Source: a virus. From it: a DNA stretch of 14,943 bases. The stretch is from the UHGV virus genome UHGV-1730386; one strand, given 5' to 3'. The notes beneath the pieces were generated by a model. It was not told where the DNA came from and searched no databases. It worked only from the letters and a program-made list of their open reading frames with translations. The position numbers were made by a program, and so were the translations under genes. Shown here in pieces: positions 1 to 7,116 of the stretch. Within the stretch, counting starts at the first letter, position 1. Every line of letters starts with the position of its first letter.

Positions 1-381
1 GATAAACTCTTCAGGGTGTTCGGCAAGATACTGTTTCTTCTCATGGGTAGTTTTCCATGAAACATCTACAAAGACGTTAGGAAGCGTCTCTACAACGAAC
101 TTACCATGACCACGTTTATCGGTCTTTACGTCAGTCACTTTAAACTCTTCAGTGTGCATCTTCTTGTGTTTAATCAAGAAGTATGAACGGTGACCACACT
201 CGTAGAAAGATTCTGGAGATATTGAACGGTACATTGCCCCTTCAAACTTCAGCTTAACCCAATTATCATGAGCAGTGTCAAATTCTTCCCAAGAGTTAAC
301 ACGTATTGTCTGAACAGGTACAACCCTGCAAGCATAACCAAGTCCAACAAGGGGTGAGTTGTCAATAACTTCTCGGGCCAT
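1..381 (-). CDS. ATP-dependent DNA ligase, C-terminal portion (motif IV/V and OB-fold region); C-terminus lies beyond window start; out of frame with the upstream ligase ORF
   Basis: Minus-strand ATG at 381..379 opens a stop-free frame to position 1 (127 codons): MAREVIDNSPLVGLGYACRVVPVQTIRVNSWEEFDTAHDNWVKLKFEGAMYRSISPESFYECGHRSYFLIKHKKMH... It contains EGAMYR (ligase motif IV-like, EGxxxK/R) and FLIKHK (motif V-like, hhKxK). This ORF is absent from the supplied track because it has no stop inside the window. Confidence 0.5.
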   Translation of the reverse strand, partial: MAREVIDNSPLVGLGYACRVVPVQTIRVNSWEEFDTAHDNWVKLKFEGAMYRSISPESFYECGHRSYFLIKHKKMHTEEFKVTDVKTDKRGHGKFVVETLPNVFVDVSWKTTHEKKQYLAEHPEEFI

Positions 382-1004
382 GATTTAGTATTGTCACAGA
401 TATCGTACCAGTAAAATTTAAGAAGGTGACGGTTTGGATTGTCAGCATTCTTAATCATCGACACAATATCTTCCAAGTCCCAACCATGAGCATAAATCTC
501 ACCGTCAAAGTCTTCAACTTGTGGGTGACACCTCAGCATTAGGAGTAAATCTGGGATTAGTTCTGCTGGGACGTTATAAACAGTGTTCTCACGAGAATAA
601 GCTGTGAAGCTCACTGTATCAACATCTCTTGAAATCCTGCAACGAACACCATCAAGTTTAGGTTGAGCGTCAGCAGGGAACTTCAAGTACTTTGCGTGAC
701 TAATCTTTACAGCATCGTGAGCAAGCTGTACACCAACCTTTTCAACACTCTCTGCTTCAGATTTCGTGTAAGTATAACCTTTGCGGTCTACTTGTTTCTT
801 GTACTTTGCAGCAACTTCAAAGAGAGCTTGCTGTTCAGCATTACGCTCATTCTTTTTACCGATGTTCTTTGGCTCTGCTGTATATTCTTCAAACATCATT
901 TTGCCGTTTTCTTTGCCATAAGTGGTAACCACCTTATCACCTACAGCAACACACGACCAAACGTTAAAAGAGCCATCTTTATTTTGTTTGTACAGAATTG
1001 TCAT
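249..1004 (-). CDS. ATP-dependent DNA ligase, N-terminal nucleotidyltransferase domain; last ~45 codons before the stop look like out-of-frame read-through
   Basis: The 251-aa ORF carries covalent nucleotidyltransferase motifs in order: motif I PKLDGVRC (KxDGxR, adenylated lysine), motif III FDGEIY, motif IIIa FYWYDI. After YWYDI the frame becomes hydrophobic low-complexity sequence (LLTTHPLLDLVMLAGLYLF...) while motifs IV and V appear in another frame. The ATG at 1004..1002 overlaps the upstream stop (ATGA). Confidence 0.7.
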   Translation of the reverse strand: MTILYKQNKDGSFNVWSCVAVGDKVVTTYGKENGKMMFEEYTAEPKNIGKKNERNAEQQALFEVAAKYKKQVDRKGYTYTKSEAESVEKVGVQLAHDAVKISHAKYLKFPADAQPKLDGVRCRISRDVDTVSFTAYSRENTVYNVPAELIPDLLLMLRCHPQVEDFDGEIYAHGWDLEDIVSMIKNADNPNRHLLKFYWYDICDNTKSWPEKLLTTHPLLDLVMLAGLYLFRQYVLTLGKNLTLLMIIGLS

Positions 1005-1207
1005 TTTCTCTTCCCACCAATTTCTACATCAATAACTTGCACATCATCATCCACATCAAACTTATGGATAACATTCTCTACAGTGTACATCCAACCATCA
1101 ATCCTTACCCATTCACCTTCTCGTGGCACTATTGGGTTACGTTGGGCAACTGTAGTAGTTGAGTGTATAACGTCATAAAGGTGTATATAATTTACTAAAA
1201 CTTGCAT
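1001..1207 (-). CDS. hypothetical protein (68 aa)
   Basis: ATG-initiated ORF in the leftward gene string. Its stop overlaps the ligase start codon (ATGA at 1001..1004), suggesting translational coupling. No recognisable motif. Confidence 0.5.
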   Translation of the reverse strand: MQVLVNYIHLYDVIHSTTTVAQRNPIVPREGEWVRIDGWMYTVENVIHKFDVDDDVQVIDVEIGGKRK

Positions 1208-1216
1208 AGAAACATC

Positions 1217-1465
1217 TTAAAAGAATAAGTCTGAAGCTTTAGTTACAAGTCGGTTTGGAGAACCATTATAGTGTTCTTCAAAACCTTCTTGACAAGTGTT
1301 GTATAATTTCTTGAACTCTGCCACGTCAACTGGTTTAACATCCTTTTTAGCACATAGGAAAAGATACCAGTCATAACCTAGCCCTCTGCACCAAGCTTCT
1401 GAGATATAAGCTATTGACTTATCGTCATTTTTAAAGATATCTATTGCTTCTTGCTCTTTACCCAT
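1217..1465 (-). CDS. hypothetical protein (82 aa; start moved to internal ATG)
   Basis: The track ORF 1217..1507 begins at a TTG. An in-frame ATG at 1465..1463 is preceded by GGAG and overlaps the upstream stop (ATGGGTAA), so I take it as the start. No recognisable motif. Confidence 0.45.
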   Translation of the reverse strand: MGKEQEAIDIFKNDDKSIAYISEAWCRGLGYDWYLFLCAKKDVKPVDVAEFKKLYNTCQEGFEEHYNGSPNRLVTKASDLFF

Positions 1466-1670
1466 TTTGATTTCTCCAAAACTCAATGTCAATAAGTTCC
1501 TGTGCAATGCTTCTCATGTTACCTTTCAAAAAAACCTTTTCAGAGTTAGGTAGGCTTGCATTATCAATGAGCCTATTCATTCTGTCAAAAAGAGTTTTCT
1601 TCCGATTCTTGATAGTCTCTTTTGAAGCCACTTGCATCATGGCGAGATGGGTTCTTCCACGGTGACTCAT
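1458..1670 (-). CDS. hypothetical small basic protein (70 aa)
   Basis: ATG at 1670..1668 overlaps the stop of the upstream ORF (ATGA). Arg/Lys-rich N-terminal half (MSHRGRTHL...KNRKKTLFDRMNR). Stop overlaps the next start. Confidence 0.5.
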   Translation of the reverse strand: MSHRGRTHLAMMQVASKETIKNRKKTLFDRMNRLIDNASLPNSEKVFLKGNMRSIAQELIDIEFWRNQNG

Positions 1671-1867
1671 AGATGCTCCCCTTTAAGGTAACCTGTCTTA
1701 TCCTTGATAATCTTGCCTCCAGCAATAAAAATATCAACCTTGTAAAGATTTTCATTAGAAATCTTGAGGTGTTTATGGCTACTACAAATAATGATGCACA
1801 TGGACTCAATCTCACTTTGCGAGTATCCAGCACATTGCAGTTGAACTTCAATTTCTGAAATAGTCAT
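1667..1867 (-). CDS. hypothetical protein (66 aa)
   Basis: ATG at 1867..1865 is preceded on the minus strand by AGGAG at about 6-nt spacing. First gene downstream of the DNA polymerase stop. Confidence 0.5.
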   Translation of the reverse strand: MTISEIEVQLQCAGYSQSEIESMCIIICSSHKHLKISNENLYKVDIFIAGGKIIKDKTGYLKGEHL

Positions 1868-1894
1868 ATAAGTCTCCTATACAATATATAGTAT

Positions 1895-1923
1895 ATGGTA
1901 CTCTTCCATGAGCACCTTGTCAA
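1895..1923 (-). promoter_or_regulatory. candidate sigma70-like promoter (TTGACA-N17-TACCAT) just downstream of the DNA polymerase stop, reading leftward
   Basis: On the minus strand: TTGACA (plus 1918..1923), a 17-nt spacer, then TACCAT (plus 1895..1900), followed by an AT-rich leader and the AGGAG RBS of ORF 1667..1867. Sequence match only. Confidence 0.25.
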
Positions 1924-1928
1924 CACTA

Positions 1929-4628
1929 TTAGTGGACTTCAAGCCACGATTTACCAACCTTACCAGTACCCGTTACCAAAGTATCCTTCTTCAGCCCCAA
2001 GTTTTTAGAAGCTTGACCATAATACCAGTCAGTTACTGCCTTAACTTCTGCTGTCATGCTTTCTGGACATTCCCAGCTTGTTTCGTCGTGGTAAGCACAA
2101 AGTAAACGAGCACCGATAGCTGGCTTACGACCATTTAGTTTCATCAAACCTTCATCAATCATACGACGACAAGCAAGGTTGATTGCTTCATTCTGAACTT
2201 GTGCTTCTGAACCCATCAACAGATAGTTCAAGAGTTTGTGTGGAGATTTACACCACAACCACGCCCCAGCAACCTGAACAAATCCACCTTTAGCAATTGC
2301 AGCAGTTTTACCAAAGACCTCTTCAAGAGCTTTCTTAGTTGCTTTAAAGTCAGCTTCTAAGTTATCAATCAGTTTCTTAATCTTCGGCAAACGAACAAAG
2401 TAAGTCTGCTTAGTCAATGCACCTTCTTGAGTAGTTGAAGCTTTGATGGTCTTAGCAAACTTCTCATCACCCGCACCGAACAGCAGTGCATAGATACCGT
2501 TTTTAGCTTTTTTACGACCCTTACTAATCTCGTGAAGAAGATTCTCATCCTGAGTCATACGACAAGTCAAGATATCCTGCTCATCATTCAAGCTGAAGTA
2601 AATACTGTTCAGTGTGTGAGCATCAGTGCCTGAATAGACTACGTACAAGTCGTTTTCAGAGTCATAACGCAGATACTTGTCAACTTCTGGGTTAAGGTAT
2701 TCGTCGAAGTGTTTGCAGTAATAACGACCATCTTCTTGACGAATAAACTCAATTTCTTCCTTACCTTCTGTTACTGCTTTGGTGAACTCTTTATCACCCA
2801 TAAAGTTACACAGTAACACAAGCTGTGCAGAGTTCATATCAACGGATACTACGTTGGTTCCTTCTTCACAAATCCAGACTGCCCTCATTGGTTCCCCGTA
2901 AACAGCAGCCCCAGAAGGTACGTTCACAATACCATACTGTGTCATACGACCAGTTGAAGTACCAAACACCATTGCACCAGCACTCAAGCGACCATCTGGA
3001 CGAATCTGGTTTAACCAACCTTTCTCGTCATCTTTTGAGTTCTCAATAGTTCTACGTCGGTGCATCAAAGTATAGTACTTCGCAATCTTTTGTCCAAGTT
3101 CACCTTCAATGGTGTCATAAGAAGATTCAGTAAGTTTAGGTGAAGTACGAATCAAGCAAGGCTCAAGCAAATCTGTGTACTTCCTAACAGACCAGTTATG
3201 CTCAATGTAATGAACCCCTTCATGCTCAATGTAGTTCAATCCACAACGTTCAACCATCTCATCCCACTTAGGATGTTTACGAATCATCTTCTTATTATCT
3301 TTGAAGCGACATACCTTGATTGGACGGTTATCAGAATCCTTTTTGTAGTTCCAATCATCAGGAATCCAGCCAACAGATTTCAAGTATTCCTTCACCACTG
3401 CAACTTGAGTCATACGTGAAACTTCAAACTCAATTGGTGTATAAGGTGCATCAACAAGACCTGTGTAACGGCTTGACTCCATTTCAAAGTGATTTACTAC
3501 GTGGTTATTGTAGTACTTCACAGTTTTAACTGTCTTAACTGGCTTCCAATCCTTACACTTCTTGCCAGCCTTAGCATTCAACTCATTGCAGATTGCACGA
3601 GCATCTTTCATTGCTACAAAACCTTCCCTGTACTCTTCACCAGTGACAGTGTTAGTTGGAGTGTAGCAATTACGTTTCTCAATGTTGAAAATCTTTGTAG
3701 TTGGTTTCCCATATGGCTTGATAGGGTACGTCTTCAGTTCCCCTTCACGCATCTGCTCACGATACTTTGTCTTTGGATACTTTGTGATACGTTTCAAACC
3801 ATCTACATGACCAAATGTTTCAACATACTCATTCCATGCCTTGGCAAACTCTTCACCAGTTACTTTACCTTTCGTCTTAATAGTCGGAGGTAAGAACGGT
3901 TCAACTTCAGAGGCTAACTCAGAAGTCATCTTATCCAGTTCTTCTACACAGGACTTCATAAGGTCAATGTTAGCTTTCCAACCATTAATAGCTTGTTGAC
4001 TCATCCAGAAAGAAGTCTCTTTAGCTCGCATGTAGGTTTCGTAAGTATCTACACCACACTTCTTAAGCTTAAGGTATTCATTATCCATAGCACGTTTTGC
4101 TTTGGCGTTGATTCGAATATCCTCAACAACACGGTTAAGAATATCAGCGTTCCACACACCCCACTCTTCAATCTCTGGTTTACGAACACCAACACGAGCA
4201 CCCCATGCAGCCAAGCCATGAGCACCTTTGTAACCTTTTGGTGTAGGTCTATCCATCCACTGCACACGAGATTGTATAAGTGAATCCTGAAAGAAGTCAC
4301 TCCAAGGTTTACACTTAGGATTATCAAAGTTCCACAGGTCAGGTGCAATATGGTTGAACACCCACCAGTCATAACCAAGACCATTGTGGATACAAAGGCG
4401 TTTGGCTTTCAATGCAAACTCCACACCTTCACGCAAACCACCTTTGATGTATTTTGTATACTTGTGACCAAGGATAGGCTCATCAGTGAAAACCCACACA
4501 GCAGGTTCATCACTATCATCTTTGTAATCTGCGAATGCCATAACGTGAGCTTTTGTAAACTCAAGCAGCAACCCGTCAGTTTCTGTATCACCAACCAAAT
4601 GTAAGTTTTCAAAATCTACATTGTTCAT
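1929..4628 (-). CDS. DNA polymerase, family A (Pol I / T7 gp5-like) with N-terminal 3'-5' exonuclease domain
   Basis: 899-aa ORF. Exo I motif VGDTETDGL and an HNGLGYD Exo II-like motif at the N-terminus. Polymerase motif A SVDMNSAQLVLL, motif B (O-helix) RKKAKNGIYALLFGAG, motif C YHDET. GAGGGAG RBS about 6 nt upstream of the ATG at 4628..4626. Confidence 0.92.
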   Translation of the reverse strand: MNNVDFENLHLVGDTETDGLLLEFTKAHVMAFADYKDDSDEPAVWVFTDEPILGHKYTKYIKGGLREGVEFALKAKRLCIHNGLGYDWWVFNHIAPDLWNFDNPKCKPWSDFFQDSLIQSRVQWMDRPTPKGYKGAHGLAAWGARVGVRKPEIEEWGVWNADILNRVVEDIRINAKAKRAMDNEYLKLKKCGVDTYETYMRAKETSFWMSQQAINGWKANIDLMKSCVEELDKMTSELASEVEPFLPPTIKTKGKVTGEEFAKAWNEYVETFGHVDGLKRITKYPKTKYREQMREGELKTYPIKPYGKPTTKIFNIEKRNCYTPTNTVTGEEYREGFVAMKDARAICNELNAKAGKKCKDWKPVKTVKTVKYYNNHVVNHFEMESSRYTGLVDAPYTPIEFEVSRMTQVAVVKEYLKSVGWIPDDWNYKKDSDNRPIKVCRFKDNKKMIRKHPKWDEMVERCGLNYIEHEGVHYIEHNWSVRKYTDLLEPCLIRTSPKLTESSYDTIEGELGQKIAKYYTLMHRRRTIENSKDDEKGWLNQIRPDGRLSAGAMVFGTSTGRMTQYGIVNVPSGAAVYGEPMRAVWICEEGTNVVSVDMNSAQLVLLCNFMGDKEFTKAVTEGKEEIEFIRQEDGRYYCKHFDEYLNPEVDKYLRYDSENDLYVVYSGTDAHTLNSIYFSLNDEQDILTCRMTQDENLLHEISKGRKKAKNGIYALLFGAGDEKFAKTIKASTTQEGALTKQTYFVRLPKIKKLIDNLEADFKATKKALEEVFGKTAAIAKGGFVQVAGAWLWCKSPHKLLNYLLMGSEAQVQNEAINLACRRMIDEGLMKLNGRKPAIGARLLCAYHDETSWECPESMTAEVKAVTDWYYGQASKNLGLKKDTLVTGTGKVGKSWLEVH

Positions 4629-4887
4629 TTTAACTCCCTCTCAAATCATACTGCTTAATACCCTACTCCAATTTTTATGAAAAAGCAAGTTGACAAAGCA
4701 CTTGACAAGGTGTTAATCTTTGCGGAGTGGGTTTTATCTTAATAGACTCTCTTTACAGGTTAACTATACAGATTCTTTAAAACCCTTAAAAGATTTTTAA
4801 TAGCCTTTTAAAAGCTTTAAAGTTATACGTATAGAATACGTAAAGATAAGAGATTAAAATCTTTATAGAAACTTAGTAGAGGCAATT
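4629..4887. promoter_or_regulatory. AT-rich divergent intergenic control region between the leftward polymerase block and the rightward block
   Basis: 259 bp of non-coding DNA flanked by divergent start codons at 4628 (-) and 4888 (+). Contains tandem TTGACAA heptamers (4690..4696, 4702..4708), perfect palindromes CTTTTAAAAG (4805..4814), CTTTAAAG (4815..4822) and TATACGTATA (4824..4833), and a possible leftward promoter (GGTTAA 4758..4763 and ATCTTA 4736..4741 on plus, i.e. TTAACC-N16-TAAGAT on minus). Confidence 0.45.
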
Positions 4888-5310
4888 ATGCAGAGGATGT
4901 ACATTCACCCAGATATACAAAACTTCATTGATGCTTTAGAGAAACTTGAAAGGCTTGACTTAGAAGCACAGAAGGAATACGCTTTCCATCATCGACGTAT
5001 GGTTGATGTGCAGCATGAGATAGAGTTGTCAGAAGGGTACGACGATAAGATGAAGTGTTCAGTCTTTGAGCACATGAAAGAAATATCTTCAGAAAGACGT
5101 AAAGCAAAAGATACTATCTTTTTGATAGATACCTTAAAAAATAAGTTGCAAAATGGAACGGATTTAGATAGTCTATCACAACTGCTTCAGGATGCAGAGA
5201 ATACATGGGACAGGAATTACTTCCCAAGGTCTGAAAAAGGACTTGACTTCTCTTCACAAGAAAGCTTAAGATTATCACGACTAACTATTAACAAAATGAG
5301 AGAGAATTAA
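4888..5310 (+). CDS. hypothetical protein (140 aa)
   Basis: ATG-initiated ORF with upstream AGAGG, first gene of the rightward block. No motif recognised; predicted largely helical and charged. Confidence 0.6.
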   Translation: MQRMYIHPDIQNFIDALEKLERLDLEAQKEYAFHHRRMVDVQHEIELSEGYDDKMKCSVFEHMKEISSERRKAKDTIFLIDTLKNKLQNGTDLDSLSQLLQDAENTWDRNYFPRSEKGLDFSSQESLRLSRLTINKMREN

Positions 5311-5311
5311 T

Positions 5312-6115
5312 ATGACTACTGTAAATGAAATGCTGTCCTCAAAAGGTATTGATAGTAACTTTATGCTCAATACAATTGAAAGTCTTGCTATTGTAATGCG
5401 TAGCAACACATTCAGTTCCAAGGTAATGCCTGAATCATATCAGGTTAATGGAGATATCTCTGATGAGTCATCGTTTCGCTCACAAGTTAAACTCCTTCTA
5501 AGTGACCGTAAACTCGCTCTGGCATCTGTAGCGGTTGGTGTAGATGCCTTTGCTGGTTATATCTTTGACAACATGCAGACTGGTGACTTTAAAGTTCTTT
5601 CTGAGGAAGAGAAAGAAGGAATCCTTAACTTCTCTGAAGATGCTACCTTTGAACTGATTATCAACTCAATTGCAAGTGTTATGGCTGTTCTTGAGAAGCG
5701 TGTTCAAGATAAACTTCCACGCTATGAACAACTTGATTGGGGGTTCGTAGATATCTTTGAGCGAGTGCTGGAGATGGTGACCCTTACTAGTGAGCAACTT
5801 AAAGAGGTTGTTGCGCGTGAAGCTGAACATGGACTTGATGAGATTCAGGTTAAACTTACCGCATTGGTCCCATCAATCATCACTGTAATGGGTATCCACG
5901 CTCTGTTTGAAGTCGCTCAACTGATTGATGCACCTATAGAGTTTGTTGAGCAGATTGCTGGTGATGTAAGTGGTGAAGCACTACGCGAAGTCATTATGCA
6001 GACTGGTGCAGCAGTACTCCAAGAGAAAATTGCTATCCACTTCGGTGATGAGTTTGTTGAGACTCTTCAGGCTATCTCTGAAAAAGAAAAACTGGACTCT
6101 AACCAGATTCACTAA
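5312..6115 (+). CDS. hypothetical acidic protein (267 aa)
   Basis: ATG one nucleotide after the upstream stop. Strongly acidic composition (many Asp/Glu, few Lys/Arg) and no catalytic motif recognised. Followed by a hairpin and T-tract. Confidence 0.65.
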   Translation: MTTVNEMLSSKGIDSNFMLNTIESLAIVMRSNTFSSKVMPESYQVNGDISDESSFRSQVKLLLSDRKLALASVAVGVDAFAGYIFDNMQTGDFKVLSEEEKEGILNFSEDATFELIINSIASVMAVLEKRVQDKLPRYEQLDWGFVDIFERVLEMVTLTSEQLKEVVAREAEHGLDEIQVKLTALVPSIITVMGIHALFEVAQLIDAPIEFVEQIAGDVSGEALREVIMQTGAAVLQEKIAIHFGDEFVETLQAISEKEKLDSNQIH

Positions 6116-6127
6116 TACAATTGTTTT

Positions 6128-6157
6128 CCCCAAGCCTCCTTAATTGGGGGCTTTTTA
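6128..6157 (+). terminator. candidate rho-independent terminator
   Basis: CCCCAA (6128..6133) pairs with TTGGGG (6144..6149) around a 10-nt loop, then GC and TTTTT (6152..6156). Lies immediately after the stop of ORF 5312..6115. Confidence 0.4.
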
Positions 6158-6173
6158 TTATGAGAGGTTTATT

Positions 6174-6911
6174 ATGAAGAGTATTATTGCATTCACTGGT
6201 AAGGCACGTTCTGGTAAAGATACTTCCTGCACCATCGTTAAGAACCACTTGATTGAAGAAGGCTACGCTGTTAAAGTCTTTGCGTTCGCAGATAATCTTA
6301 AAGCAACTGCTGGAGATATCTTTGACTTAGATTGGCAAGACTTGTATGGCGACACCAAAGAGAAACCTCAGAAATTTGACTTAACATTCTCAAATGTGCA
6401 TAGTAACGTTAAATATTCTTTCTTCAGACACTTGAAAGATAAAGGTATACATAATGATGAGAAACTTTGTGGTGAAATCACAGACAGACTTATCAAAGAA
6501 CTGAAGAAGGTTGCTAAACCGACTCTCTTGACAAGGATGGGTTTCAGGAATGAATACATCTTCTCTTCACGACAAATCCAACAAGTTTGGGGTAGTGAGG
6601 TTATTCGTAAAATCCTTGGGGAGCGTTTCTGGATTATTGACCTTGCAGAAAGAATAGAAAAGTTTTATGGTGAAACAGAAAGAAAAGGCCACATTCCAGT
6701 AATCCTAATTTGTGATTTGAGGTTTGATATTGAAGCTGAATTTATCAAGAGCTATAATAGTCAAATCATCGAAGTGACCAGAAATGGTATTGAGCAGGTT
6801 GCTTCACACCATTCTGAAAAAGGTATCTCTACACGCTTCGAAAGAGATATTATTCAGAACAACGGAACAATAGATGAACTTGCAGATAAACTGAAAGTCA
6901 TCATAAAATAG
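6174..6911 (+). CDS. deoxynucleoside monophosphate kinase (T4 gp1-like dNMP kinase)
   Basis: N-terminal P-loop IIAFTGKARSGKDT, matching the GxxRSGKDT signature of phage dNMP kinases. The track start at 6144 is a TTG inside the terminator; I use the ATG at 6174, preceded by GAGAGG. Confidence 0.7.
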   Translation: MKSIIAFTGKARSGKDTSCTIVKNHLIEEGYAVKVFAFADNLKATAGDIFDLDWQDLYGDTKEKPQKFDLTFSNVHSNVKYSFFRHLKDKGIHNDEKLCGEITDRLIKELKKVAKPTLLTRMGFRNEYIFSSRQIQQVWGSEVIRKILGERFWIIDLAERIEKFYGETERKGHIPVILICDLRFDIEAEFIKSYNSQIIEVTRNGIEQVASHHSEKGISTRFERDIIQNNGTIDELADKLKVIIK

Positions 6912-6924
6912 AGAGATATTGAAG

Positions 6925-7116
6925 ATGAGAGATAATAACTTGAAAGTTGTTGACCACCGTAGTGTAGAACTCTCATCTCTTTCTAAAGAAGTAATGATGG
7001 AGCGACTTGAAAGGGTCGCTTCTCGTCGGAAAGAGATTGCAGAAGAAATTCATGAATTAGATAAGATTGAGAATGGTCTTAAAGCAGAACTGCGTCGTAG
7101 AGGTGTAAATGGCTAA
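6925..7116 (+). CDS. hypothetical small charged/coiled-coil protein (63 aa)
   Basis: The track ORF starts at TTG 6919; I use the ATG at 6925. Sequence is Glu/Lys/Arg-rich and heptad-like. Its stop overlaps the primase-helicase start (ATGGCTAA, 7109..7116). Confidence 0.45.
   Translation: MRDNNLKVVDHRSVELSSLSKEVMMERLERVASRRKEIAEEIHELDKIENGLKAELRRRGVNG

Noticed and set aside
663-1178. 171-aa plus-strand ORF antisense to the DNA ligase gene
   Set aside because: Hydrophobic low-complexity translation (Phe/Leu/Ser/Cys-rich), no RBS, and fully antisense to a gene with clear ligase motifs; a shadow ORF.
1585-1858. 88-aa minus ORF 1585..1851 and 61-aa plus ORF 1673..1858
   Set aside because: They overlap the chained small ORFs 1458..1670 and 1667..1867 in other frames, with no RBS or coupling signal.
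2825-4612. Multiple 60 to 134-aa ORFs on both strands inside the DNA polymerase gene
   Set aside because: All lie within or antisense to the 899-aa polymerase ORF, which has unambiguous family A motifs; none has a credible RBS.
4629-4887. Possible tRNA or small RNA gene in the 259-bp intergenic region
   Set aside because: No cloverleaf-compatible sequence (no GTTC-type T-loop or acceptor-stem pairing) and the region is too AT-rich; better explained as promoter/operator DNA.
6144-6173. TTG start at 6144 for the dNMP kinase ORF
   Set aside because: It sits inside the terminator hairpin and adds a hydrophobic 10-aa extension; ATG 6174 has a proper RBS and begins right at the P-loop. The TTG starts at 6919 and 1507 were rejected for the same kind of reason.
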